Shown here: in pieces, positions 11,844 through 24,470 of the stretch
Layout: each line of letters opens with the position of its first letter
Numbering within the stretch: the stretch's first letter is position 1
Translations under genes and position numbers: made by a program
The notes under the pieces: generated by a model
What the model saw: the letters and a program-made list of their open reading frames with translations, nothing else
Told to the model about the DNA's origin: nothing
The model's database searches: none
Origin: Fimicolochytrium jonesii
Lineage: Eukaryota
DNA: 64,000 nucleotides
Direction: 5' to 3'
NCBI RefSeq assembly: GCF_025526975.1
Contig: NW_026515671.1
Location: forward strand, 372,001 to 436,000

Positions 11844-13319
11844 TTAGGAAACGGTCCAAGGGAAACTCTCGACAGAGAAGGAGAAGCCGCAAGTAAGGTG
11901 AGCATGCGAAATCATTGAGTCGGAGTGCAAGGGAAATAGTGGGTCCTCGCGGGCGTGAGTCGCTCGCGGCCCGCCCCCCACATGAGGTGGTGCAATGCGG
12001 GCAGCCGTGCCGACATCATAGTATCTCGACGGGTTCACCTCCATGCCGCTAGCATGTACGACCCATTTGCGTTCAGCGTCTTTGTGCGTCGATGCGGTTT
12101 GTGCCATGATGTTCCAGTACGCGACCCCGCACCCGTGAGTTTCCGACTCTGCCATGTCAAACAGCGACGTGGCTGGCGTGTCATCTACATGCGTGAGGAA
12201 GACCACCGTCGACTGGGGCCAGCTGTACATGGCGTCTCGGTAGTCCATCCCGTACTCATAGCGATGTGCCTGACCAGACGTTCCCACATGAATGTTGATA
12301 AGCATCGTCGACAACGATGTACTGTCGTCTGTGTACTGCATAGGCAAGCCGCTACCCACGTACACGCCAGAGCCACCATGGGCATCTGCGCTGCGGCGGG
12401 CCAGCAGCAATGCGGCCGACACGAGAGTGCACTGCCGCACTTCAAAGGAGGCGCCTTCTCCCGTGGCACCGAAACACGAGCGCGGGTCTATCACGGGCGT
12501 GAGCTTCCGCACGGGACGGAGCTGTACCGCGTCGGCACATTCCGTCCACTCACGGTACAGCGCATTCATGCGTGCATCGGAGGCATCGATCGATGGGTAA
12601 GAGCACCGTTGGGCTGCGACCACCTCTACCATGTAGTCCAGAGCCTTGCTGGTGGTTGCAGCGCATCGCGCCAATACGTGCCGCAACGACATGATGCGCA
12701 CATGCGGCCACAGACGAATTGCCTCCAAGACGGGTGCGATAGGTGTTGCGTGCGTGTTCGTACAGCCGGTGAGAGATGCAGTCAGGGATTTCTTCCCAAG
12801 AGTCGAGGCGTTCGGCGGCAAGGTGAAATAGACTGTCAATCGTGCGGCGCCGAAGCAATGAAACTAAGATCAAAGAAATATACCCAATTCTTACGGCTGA
12901 CGATTTCGAAAGCGGGCCTGTAGTTTGTCAATGATCTTGATGAAGTGCTGCAGGTAGCCGCTTATGAGAATGACACGAACCCCAGTTTGATCTTTAGCGA
13001 TCCAATCTCCCGGCCACCAGCCAATTGCCTCCAAGGTGGGGGTGAAGCGCGTGCGATGGGGTTTTCGCGCGTGTTCGTAAAGTCGGTATGAAATGCAGTC
13101 AGGGAGTTCTTCCCAGTCGAGGCGGTCGGCGGGAAGGTCAATCATGCGACTCTTGAGGGAGGCCAGTGAAATAGAGAACTGATATGGCGTAGAAACTACC
13201 CTTATGGCGGCCGAAGACTTCGATGAAGGAGGGCTTGGGCGTTCGGGGAGATCTGCCCAAGAGTCGAGGCGGTCGGCCGCAAGGTGAAAAGGACTGGGTA
13301 GGTTTTGCAGTTCCTGCAA
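11844..13319 (-). pseudogene. Decayed, internally duplicated intronless gene with an F-box-like N-terminal motif
   Basis: Three diverged copies of a (FH)LAA(D/E)RLD(S)W(E/A)(E/D)(L/I)P motif at ~12717-12840, ~13023-13150 and ~13245-13295. The copy near 12730 has a deletion relative to the copy near 13035, which shifts frame into the 331-aa ORF (PVLEAI vs PTLEAI). Confidence 0.5.
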
Positions 13320-13382
13320 CGGAGGAGAGAAAACGAGACGACAGAAAGGTGCAAATGACGCGGCTATTTATAATCTGCCCAG

Positions 13383-13526
13383 CACAGCCAAGGCCAAACC
13401 CTGGAGAGATGGAAATCTATCTCCCAACTCCTGGTTTCACCCATGGGCAGCTCTATCGGGAGTTTTGTTGTGATTCTTTCTGACTATTGCTATTTGAATA
13501 CATTTCAAGCCGCGGCGTAGGCCTAG
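13383..13526 (+). mobile_element. Helitron relic: PIF1-like helicase C-terminal fragment plus candidate 3' terminus
   Basis: SQGQTLER (13386-13409), then a 1-nt frameshift to EIYLPTPGFTHGQLY (to 13456), matching the Helitron RepHel motif KSQGQTL..VG.YL..PVFSHGQLY; followed by GC-rich gccgcggcgtaggc and CTAG|T at 13523-13527. Confidence 0.65.
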
Positions 13527-13914
13527 TATACTATAGTTGCGAAGTAGGAAAGAAAGCCACGCCTTGTCCGTTCGCTGCCTTTTCGACGCGTGATTCATCA
13601 CCGCATACAGTACGCGCGCGTGTTCGTTCGGCTCAAGCGCTCAACCCGACGACTTCTCCCACATAGGCCAGATCACCAGCAGGTTGTCGGTGGGGTTTTC
13701 ATGCCCCAAAGCCTGCAAACCACTCAGTTCGTTTCCCGAAGGAAGCGGCGGCATGGCTCCCGGCCTTTTCGCAATAATTACTCTGTCAATATAGTGCGCA
13801 CCAACCGGTGTATAGTACTTTCTGGCACCAGTTCATGATTGGACATCGGAGATCACATACGGAGTGACATAAGAATTTGCAACGCCCAACAACGAAGCCC
13901 TGCTTCATAAGAAC

Positions 13915-16900
13915 ATGGCCGCCGTAGCCATGAACCACAACATGTCCTCCCTCCCCCGCATAGGCCCCGGCCCTCTAGGAACTTCCGACCAAGAGGACGC
14001 ACGACGCCAACAGTTTCGCCAGGAGATGCAGAACGACATGCAGCGGTTCCTAGCGGCACAAGCTCGGGAGAACCCGCGGTTGCGAAATCTGCGGAATAAG
14101 CAGAGCGAAGTTACGGAGTCGCCGTCGAAGGCGAACTCCTTCTTTAATGGAGGTTATGCGGATGCGGGACAGCGTGGTCAACGGAATGATCCCCCGCAGA
14201 GAGGGAGGGAGAGTCCGCCGCCTCGGAATCAGCTGGGAGGGGGTCGCGATGAGTATGGTGGTCGCGGTCAGCAACCGGATTCGTCGAGAAGATATGCGGG
14301 AGCAAGCGATTACCCAGAAGGTACGTACTTCCTTTCGGCAATCCTTTGTCCGGGCCCACACACTGACGCTATGACATTGATACTCTTCAGAGCGGCGGAG
14401 ACAGCGGTCGTACGGTCATGATGAGGGCCCTTCACATCATCCAGATTTTGGAAGAATGAGCCAGCGGTCCGAACGCCCAAGCTACGCGTGAGTGTCGTCA
14501 AGCCAACATTAGTGTATGTCCTGTGCATCTGACATACGCTAGCGGACCATCCCATAGGTACTCCAGCCCATACCAATCCTCCTACGACTACCGCAGCCCC
14601 ATGCCCCCACCATCAGATCCCTACGGCGCCCCGCACTACTGGCGCCAAATGCCCGACCGAATGCCGCGATCTGAAAGGCCATACTGGGCCGACGGCCCAT
14701 ACGCGAGTGGAGGGATGCATTCCCAGTCGTGGAGTCACCCGCCACCACCGCCTCGGCCGTATGAAGCCAGTCATGGCTACGACGAGCCGCCGCCGAGACG
14801 AATGGACGCGCGGGCAGGACCGCAGTACCCACCGGAACCCCGCTACGACACCCATTACGACGAACCCCCACACAACCAACCCCCACGCTCAACCGCCGAC
14901 TCCCGAGACCCCGATCGCCGAACCTCCGAAAAATCCGACAAAGCGCGAGCATACGCGGCCGACCTGGAACGCCAGATCGAAGAAAAACGCCGCGCAAGCG
15001 AGCGCGAACGATCCCACCGCCAGGCACCCTCCTACACGGGCTCCAACCCCATCACCGGCGCGGCCGGACCCGAACCCAACACTAATTACGCCAAAACATC
15101 TATCCGCATGTCGCAGGGTTACGGGGTCACCGGCGGTGGCTCCTCCTCACTAAGCGGAGCAGTGCAACGGGGCAGCGAGCAAGGCATCCCACCCCCACCT
15201 TCTTCAAAATCAGAATACCTACGCGAGCTCGACATGCAAGTGCAGCTTAAACGGCAGCAGGCGGAGGAAGAGAAGCGGCAGCTGCGTTTGAGTGATGAGA
15301 AGACGGATCGGGAGGCGGCGAGTTATAACCCGTGGGGGGATCCGGGGCACTCGGCGGCCGTGATGCAGGCGAGGAATGCGGGGTATGGCGGTGCTGCTGG
15401 GCAGGCGTCGCAGGCACCGCCGCCGGGTGCGTTTGTGCAGGGAGGGAGGTTTGGGGCTACGCCGACGCCCGCGGGTGGTGGGGCGGCTTATCCGGGGCAT
15501 AATCCGACACCTTCACCAGGGTGAGTTGATTGTGAAATCTGAAACTGATGTGCATGGACGCTGATGATCTGATTTTTGGGCTCCAGGCCAATGTTGCTTG
15601 CGAGTCAGCAGACACCGCTGCCTCCCATCGGTGACCAAGGTGAGTGCATCCATCAGACCGGGAAGAAGGTGAAGGACGGGGCAAAACTGACCCTCATACT
15701 CGGCTAGCACCCAACTATACCCGAGGACAGCGGAGAGACATGCCTGATTGGGAAAAAGAAGAGCTGATGAAGAAGCATCGGGTGCAGAACGAGCATCAGG
15801 TTTGCTAACGCTAACGATGTATCTCACCGATTCCCTGAATGTATAGAATCACTCATCGTCCATCCGGTCTCCCGTTAACCCAGGAAAGCCTCCGCCGCCA
15901 AATGGCCGAACGCGAAGCCCAAAAAGCCGAACAAATCGCCCTCGCAAAAGCCGAAGAAGCGCGCGAACAAGACCGGATTCGCCGCGAAAATGAAGAAATC
16001 AAGCGCAAATACGCGCGCGAGGAGGAGGAGGCGAAACGGAAAGACGAGGAAGCGAGGAAAGAGAATGAGCGGAAAGCGGCCGAACGGGTGGCGGAGCAGG
16101 AGAGGAGGGAACGCGCGTATAAGGAGGCGCAGGAGGAGGCGAGAAAGGCGAAAGCGGCGATGAGGCAGTCAAAGAATGGTGGAGGTGGAGGTATGTATGT
16201 GCCGTTAAAAGCCTTCAACCATAAATGAAGAATTCTACTGATATCATCATCTCCCATAGCGCAAGAGCAACCTGGCAATTACCCGACCACCAACCGTTCC
16301 AGCTCTCCTTCCCTCCCAACCCATCAAACCCAACGAGCACCCGAAGCCAACGCGCCTCCTCCCGTTTTCCGCTCCAGTTCACCGCCCATCCCAACCCTCC
16401 GAGGACAAGCCGCGCCGCCATCCGGCCACACCGGCGCTCATCAACCGTTCTCGGAACCTGCGGCGTTACGGCCCCCACCTCAAGCTGAACGCTACATGGA
16501 CCGCGGACATATGGATGCATCACGGCCTGGGCATACCATGGCGCCACCAGCATCCTTGCCGCCGGATCAGCATAATGCAGGAAGAAGAGCTGCAAGTGGA
16601 CGAGCCGAGCGAGCACAAGGGAACGGAGGTTACAGCGGGCAGGTAAATGTTTGAGTTTGAGTTGATGCGCAAATTCGCTCGATGCGGTGCGATCCTTTGG
16701 GAACCTTTTGGGCGTCTACCATCCCCCGTGGTGTTGACGAGAGGATTCTTGTCCCCTTTGTCAATATGCAATGAATATACGCGACATCTTCTGAAGTCTG
16801 TTCATGACCATTCGCCTGATTGCCAAAGACCAGAAAGCGCCGGGGGTCCAACGCTGCGGAGGGCTTTCCTGATTTGAGTGGTCCATCGCAGCAATCGATT

Positions 16901-18546
16901 GGTTTCAAGTGTCAGCAACCTAATCACTCCTTCTCACATGTGCATAATCATAGGGCACTCACAGCAGCGATAATATGGACACTAAGGCGGTCTTGGATCA
17001 ACTTGTGGCCATTCAACAGGTAAGTCGCACATGGCATTCGTTGTTATAGTTTCAATCTCCATCGACCTTATCAACTTCATCGGATCGCAGGAACTCGAGC
17101 GCGAAGACCAAGCCATCCAATCCGAACTTCACCAACACAATGCTCCTGCTGAAGCCATCATGTCAATACCACACCACCATGACGAACCCCCATCTCTGAA
17201 AACCGACACACCGCGGTTCCCCGAGAAATCCGCAAAACCCCGACGCGCGTCCCACCATAACCCCGAGGTTTCCAGAGTTTCCGACCACAGCACAGCGATG
17301 CCACCACCACAATCTCGATTTCCGCCGGCGCCACGCCCCGCATCTGCTGAACAGCAACGGGAACGGCCCCGCTCGTCACGTCGAGGTGTTGGGGGTGTGG
17401 ATACGTGGACAAGGGGGGATGCGGGCGATCGCGGAAAGGGTGGGGAAGAAAATCGGTTTCCGTTTGAGAAGAAGTCTCCGTCGTAAGATATCGAGCATTC
17501 TACCTTCGTATTTAGCGACTTGCGTAAGTGCTCACCACATTTCTTTCTCACCCTCTCAATCATCAGAATCATCGTACAGCAACGGGCATACTTGTCGCAA
17601 CAAGAAACGCAGCTTCAAGAGCTACGACAGCGAGAGGCCGAAGAATCTAGACAGCAGCAGGAGCAGCAACGATCCGCACTCAATGACGAGCCCATTACTC
17701 AAACGCGTGTCTTACGAAGTCCAGACTACAGGACACGGAGAAAAGACGAGAAGACTCGTCAGTCAGATGATATTTCTGGAACTGATCAACCTAGATCCGG
17801 CGTCGGACGAGCAAGCCGCGACCGAGGATCTGTCAAGACGCCGCGATCGGAAGATGACCGGCAGCAGCGGATTCTTGAGGAGTTTCTACTTGAAATGCGG
17901 GACAATGACCATGAGTCTCGATCTGAGAAGCAGGAAAAACATCAACCCACCGACCGCTTTAAGTACGACCAAGTATCGAATACACGTAAACAACCCCGCT
18001 CATCTGCCCCCGACGACGTCCTCGCAAGCGACAGCCTGCTCGTCTACTCAAACGGCACAACCGCCAACGCTCCTACAACACGACCACGATCCCGATCCCG
18101 ATCCGTTCGGCCACCCTCCGCAACGGCACCCACGCACCGCCGACGACCGTCGCCAAACCCCTTAGGCCTTCCCAATCCGGACATAGACACGGATGTGGAC
18201 GCCGACGGAGAAGACCTGGCATACCTGTCTCAACTGAACTCCCAGCGACTCACGAAGCTGCTGTCGCTCGGGGATGACAAGGGTGTGAGGGATGAGAAAC
18301 GGGATCGGATCGATAACGATCTTATCACTTCGTTTTTGAACAAGGTCGGTATGAGATCCATATGCGCACTGTGAAGATTGAAAGAGCAAGCACTTACCGC
18401 TCATTCCACTTTTGGGATTACAGAACACCACTTCACGGTGGTCGCAACACAATGACAGCGCTTTCAGTGCTCAGGCTATCGACGGGCCATTGCCTACTCT
18501 GATCCCGGCCACCTCATCAACCTTCTTCGGTTTAGGTCGTGCATGA
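13915..18546 (+). CDS. CSPP1/CCDC66-like centrosome/cilium coiled-coil protein (multi-exon)
   Basis: KARAYAADLERQIEEKRR, SKSEYLRELDMQVQLKRQQAEEEKRQLRLSDEKTDREAASYNPWG, QESLRRQMAEREAQKAE..., LSQLNSQRLTKLLSL; about 9 canonical introns. Exon boundaries are approximate. Confidence 0.65.
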
Positions 18547-19237
18547 CTTACTTCTGTAATGATTTTCCGCCTGCATCCCAGATGCATACATGATATAGAT
18601 GTTAGACTCTCACTTCGAGGGCTCAGCAGGTCCTCCACATGAAATTACTCTTCATTGCGTGTTGAATCCTCCCACCACCGCTCTATATATATATATGCTG
18701 CAGACGGTATGGCGTCCGATTCCCAAAGCGGTTATCGCGGACTCCCTGTTCTCCTTCCATGTTACTGCAATCATATAGCAGCCACATATTGTGCTTCCGA
18801 AATCTTGCAGGCAAAGTAAGTGAGCATTTGCCATTGCGTCTCTTAGGGCGGGTGTTTGTTGCGCGTGTCGGAGTTGCAACACAAGGAGGAACGCGTCGTG
18901 TCTCGTAAGCAAGGAAGTCGGCAAACCGTCAAAGTGTATCGGCAGTACGTAGTTGGGTCTGCCTTCTGACTCGAAGAACACAATAGGCAACGAATATCTC
19001 GCGCAACTGAAAACCACCCTTTGAACAATGAAATAATATATATTCTTGCGCTCCTGGCGCACTGGGTTGGGTTTCTATGGTACAAGACGTGAGAGGGTGG
19101 GAGGGAGGACGGTGGGGAAAGGTTAAGCAACAACGGGTTGGGTGTCGCAACAACGGCCGCGGTGCACCGTTTCCCCGAGGAACACATCCCCCAGCATCAG
19201 CAATGGACGAGGGAAATGGTCTTTGCAAACCGCTCCT

Positions 19238-22200
19238 TCATTCATTCATGACAATGTCGAGCCAGGCGCTGCTGCGTTTCGACGGAACCAAGGATGGCGG
19301 CCTGGGTTGTTGTTGTGCTGACACTGGCACGACAGGCGGGGAGGAAAGCATCGACTTGACAGCGGTGGGTGGAGCGGCGGATGCGGATGATGATGGTGGC
19401 GCGCCTTGCTGACTATATGGGTGTCGGTCGAAAGATGATGGCGCGTCCGATCTAGAAGATCGTAGGCCTGGTGTCTCCAGCATGGGGTGTCCCTGGGTAT
19501 ATTGCTCGGAGGGTGGAATATGCTGCTGTTGGAGGTGGTGTTCGTAGGTCCCGCGCTCCTGCCTATAATAGTGCTGATCTCGAGAGGGTGCGGGAGCAAA
19601 CGACTGTGGCGGGCCTGTCGCGCTTCCCGATGTCTTGCGCGACGTCGGTGGGTCTATTGGTCTTGAGATGGCGACTCGCTGGCCGCCCGATGCCGACCCA
19701 GGTCGCTGAGGTATGGCTTCCGGCGGAGCATTGGGGGTTGGCACGTACTGCTGCGGGAAAGGTCTGTGATGAGGGGACGCGCTGACAATACTGGCACGCC
19801 GAGGGGGTTGCGCGGCAGGATGCGGGACTTGTCGATGCTGCTGCTGTTGCCTGTCCTCATAAGCCATTTGTGAGACAGGATGCCCGTGTTGCTGTCCATG
19901 CGTTGGGAGGGAAGCGAGCGACTCCACATACACCTGCTCATACGGTTGTACGATGTACATGGGCGCGGAATGTGGGTGATGTTGATAGGCGATCCGCTGG
20001 CCGTGTGGGCCTTGAAAGTACCCCTGAGCTTGAGGCTGCTCTCGAGAGGCATGTTCCGGTGTGTACTGCCTTTGCGATGGGGAAATGTGCTGACCGTACT
20101 GCTGAGAGGGATGATGAGATCGTTCCGGATGTGACGCGGCAGTCGGGTTCGGTTGATGGCCCGCCTGTGACCTTGGCGGCTGCGGATGTCCATAGACACC
20201 AGATGGACCCGCCGCGCCTTCGGGCCGACCGGGAACCACCTCTACGCGAGCTTCTCGGTCATGCGTGCTGAAAGGAACCATCATGACCCCGGAAGCCGTA
20301 GACACCGCCATCATCCCAGTCGGACCCTGAGAATGTTGTGGAGGGATAGCACCTCGTGGATGGGCGATAGCTGGTGCCCCACCGCCAGCCGGTACCAGGA
20401 CCATCGGTTGGTATGCGTGCGAATGCGGCTGCTGAGATATGGAGGATCGTCTCCTCAGGGCGTCAGGGATGTAGGATCCGGTAGCCGGTGGGTACCCGGG
20501 CATGATGGCAGAAGGATGTGTAGGATGTCGAGGGTCGACCAAAATGTACCCATCCGGCGTTCCTGGATAAACAACGCCATGCGTCGAAGGAGAGGCCGCC
20601 GCATATCGAGCCATATCGTTCGCAGATGAGCCGGGAATGATGCTCAAGGATCCTCGCCTCGAAACCCCACCCGACCTCGACTGTCCTTCGTTGTTGCGAT
20701 TGTTGTGTTCCATAGCCTGCGGGATCCCCTTCGCATCTGCGCCCGTTGGCGTCGAGTACGTCCGTCTATGCTTACTAGCTGATACTTTCTCGTTCGCAGT
20801 TTTCGCGGCTTTAGCGCGCGCAGCCGCCGTGATCTTTTTTGGCTTTACTTCGACCGTGTGCACAGGTACTGCGTCCGGTGCGACGGATGCGGGGGGAGGG
20901 AGAGACGAGCTTGTTGTGGGATCTATAATCCCCAAAGGCTGCAGCGGAGGAGCAAGGACAGGTCGCGCGACTGGCGATTCTGTCTCGTCATAGATATCGT
21001 CGTCATCAGCTCGTGACCTGATACCCTCCATCAGTACAGGTGGAGGTGCGGGCAGAGTGATAAGCAGGTCCAGCTTTTTCTCACTTCCAGCCAAACCCGG
21101 CGTCTTGGTGACCGGAACTCTGCTTTTGCCAATCGTGGTTGGTGGTGATATCCGAAGACCCTTCTCATCCCGCTTGCTATTACGAGGCGGGGATGAACGA
21201 TTCCCGTCCTTCAGCTTGGACTTCACTTTCACTGACACAAGCTCCTCGACCTTTGTCGACTTCCGCCTGGTTGGCTTCTCGTTGGGTTGACTGCCAGGCG
21301 ATTCCGTCAATTTCAACTTCCCGGAGTCTCGCGCGATATTCATATCCATGGCAGTTACGTTATCCATGCTTTTGCGGGCATGAGCTTTCGCTGCAGATGC
21401 GCTGCCAGGTCGTTCGCCAATCTCCAGCCATGGTCGCTCCAATTTCGCGGGCTCCGAACCCACACTGGACTTTTTTGTCTGTGGTTGGGGCCCTGAGCCG
21501 CTGGGCTGATGTTCAGGCACCGTCCCCGGTCGTACTTCTGGGAGCGATAGTGACTTCGATGGCGGAGGATCGATTTCCATGGCATCCGAGGCCACTTTCT
21601 GAGCTTCCTTTGCCAGCTTCGGTTGACTGTTCTTCCGCAAGTGTGAGACGGAGTCACCGGCCTTCTTGGCTTCCAGTATTGGTGGTGATTTGTCAGCGAC
21701 CTCTGGTATCGATGTTGCAATGTTGGTGGGCTTCACTGGGGAGGTGGGTTGGGGAAGATCGACTTTCGTTGGCTTCACCGGCGAGGAAGGACGGGGAAGG
21801 TCCGGTTTTGACGGCCGTCTCTTCGAATCTCCTTTCTCCGGGCTTGAAAGCTCCGAGTTTCTTCTCAGGCCTCTGTCTTGCGACAGAACGGGTTTGCCGA
21901 TCTCGGGCTGATCTATTTCCATCATGTCTGCTGCGGGTTCCTTGGCGCCTGGAGGAGTTTCAACAGGCTTGGGAGGTACGTCCGTTTTCGACTCAGCGTG
22001 CGGCCGACTTCCATCGGTCTCTCGCCCTGATTCAGGAGTGACCAGTGCCGTTGGTGAAGTCAATTTTTCCGACTCCGGGGCTACCGGAACCGCCGCTCTC
22101 TTTAGGCGAATCCCTTTCGGCATCTGACCAGCAACCAACTCAGTGAAAGACTTTTTCCGAGGCGCTGCAGACGCGTCAGTCTCCACCGAGCTTGTGGGTG

Positions 22201-24470
22201 CGTCCACGTCCATCTTTGCCGCGCACCCAGCTTCCTCGCCTTTTCCATCTCCTATCCCTGAGGGCACCGATCCTTTACTGTCTTCCGAATTCACCGTGCC
22301 ACGCTCCTCCGGCTTCCGCTCCACATCGAAAAGCCTTTTGGCAACAGTCGGAGACATCTCGCCTAAGTTGTTATCAGCTGAGGCGTTGGCGTCCCTATCC
22401 CTTCCCACATCTTCAGGATGCGTATGGAAAGACGTGCGCGATCCCGGGCTCGTCGACAAAGCGCTGCATTGGTTCGGATTCGGCATGTCATTAGACGCCC
22501 TGCGGTCGTATCTCGCAATCGATGTAGGGCTCTGAGCGAGCTGAGGGGACATCCCTCTCGATTCCTGCCACTCTCTCCGGACCCCCGGACTCAAATCGGA
22601 CACAATGCTTCCGGATGAGAGCCGCCGCTGCTGCTCCGGCGATATTTCCAGGTTTGTAGCGGAAGAAGGTCGTCTTTGATGATCAGTTGCGCCGTCCCTA
22701 CTAAATGAATGCCGTGATGTTGGCATGGATGGCATGACGTACGTTGACGGCTTCCGTTCGTTTGGCGGGCGGGGTGGGAGGACACCTTGCGCTTCCCGGG
22801 ATTTCCAATGTGACCGAATGGTTTCTATTTGTGACAATAACTGTATACAAATGCGTTGTAAGTTTGGACGATCACATCAAACAGAATCCGGTGCAAGAGG
22901 ATTGAACAAACCGCTTCTCTGGTGAGCCCGTTTTCGATGGCAAACATCGTGTCATTCAATACGCTAATATCGTTGGCCATGGTCTTATCATCGCTGTAGA
23001 TTCGACAGTCAGACATGTCCGCCTTCTGATCACTAAATTATGGCACGAGTCTCTTACCGGAAGCGCATGAAACGCCAACCTCCGATGCGCTCTCGATCCG
23101 CATAGCCTTCCTCCCAAATGTACGTTGTCCATTCGGGATCCCATTTGAACTCCGCAATACGCTCATCGGGCGGGGCCGCTTTCCACCTAAAGGCAATCCA
23201 AGTAAAATCAGCACTAGCTTCCCAAAGTATATACTCTTGATTGATGCGTACTCATTGGCTAACGCAGGCTCCACCGTTAAGTGATCGTTGAACTCATGTC
23301 TGCCGTTTCTGCCGATGTTGAGCACGTAATGCGGCTTCCTGTTCTTATCATATCTGATCTTGATTTGGAAGTCCACCGTCAAAAGATCCGGGGGTTTCCA
23401 TTTCAAACTGTAATAAACTTGATCAGATCAATCTGCAACTCAATTTTCGGAGCTGCAACTTACAGTTTCGGACATGTTCCTGACTGGTAGGGTAGGTTGA
23501 CAGGCGTGAAAATCAGACCGTCATTGCCATGCTTTTGTCGGCCAATCTCATCGAAGATCAAGGTCATCCCATAAGACCGTTGCTGGGTCTTTATTGCGAT
23601 TCTGTGGCACAGGCAACAATCAATATGGCTCAAGTGGGCGACGTTTCAACCCGCACAAACCTGAAAGGTTGCGAATCTTTCAGCCCCGGGTCCCTCCTTA
23701 TGTGCTGGTCGTACGGCGCCAGCACATCTCGTTGGAAAAAGCCTAGCCTCTTGCTATATGGTTCATGGGTGAATGGCTCCCCATTGCTCGTCATCAGGTC
23801 AAACACCAGATACGTAAGGGTGCGCTGAATAATGGATGGGGTTAGCAACCGTTATCATGCAGATGAAGACTTGCATTGGACACTCACCTTAGCACCGTCT
23901 ACATCAACGACTAACTCTCCATCTAGAAGCGTTTCATTATGCCATTCGATGGCGTCATGCCTTCCAGGCAATGGAAAACGCATGTTTTCGATATAGTGTA
24001 GTTCGTTCTTTCGGTCGATCTGCGCAGATTCGACGCATCAGTCTGAAAGTCCCCCCCGAACTTCAGCTTGTGAAGGCTAGCAAACCATACCATAAACGTT
24101 GCCGGGCCTATTTGCGTCTGCATCAGGAGCATAAGATATCGAACCCCATCGCTCTTCTCACAAACAAAGTAATCTTCGCGCTCGAGCGCCTGGATGTTCT
24201 TCGTCGTGAGTGCTACCGGCTGAGCGCCCGGGAACCTATTGCCAATCGTTTTAGATAATTGCCTGCCATCAAGTAGTGATCTACGTTTCGGACGTCGTGG
24301 AAAATACCACAGAAAAAACGAACATAGGTTGCTTACGTGTTATTCCGATATTTCAGAAGTTGCTGAACCTTCAATCGAAGCTCCTGAGCATACTCCGCCA
24401 GAACAGGTCTCCCAATGGCGTCTGGCAGCGGTGCAGCCTCGCCTCCTCCAGTTTGCGCTGAAGACGACAT
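19238..24470 (-). CDS. CEG1: mRNA capping enzyme guanylyltransferase with a ~1,180-aa low-complexity C-terminal extension
   Basis: FPGAQPV, motif I YFVCEKSDGVRYL, TLLDGELV, YLVFDLM, HGNDGLIFTP, LKWKPP, WRFMRFR|DDKTMAND, |LLSQIETIRSHWKSRE, then an uninterrupted 1199-codon terminal exon. Confidence 0.92.

Noticed and set aside
11955..12923. 322-aa plus-strand ORF
   Set aside because: R/H/C-rich antisense reading of the minus-strand decayed gene.
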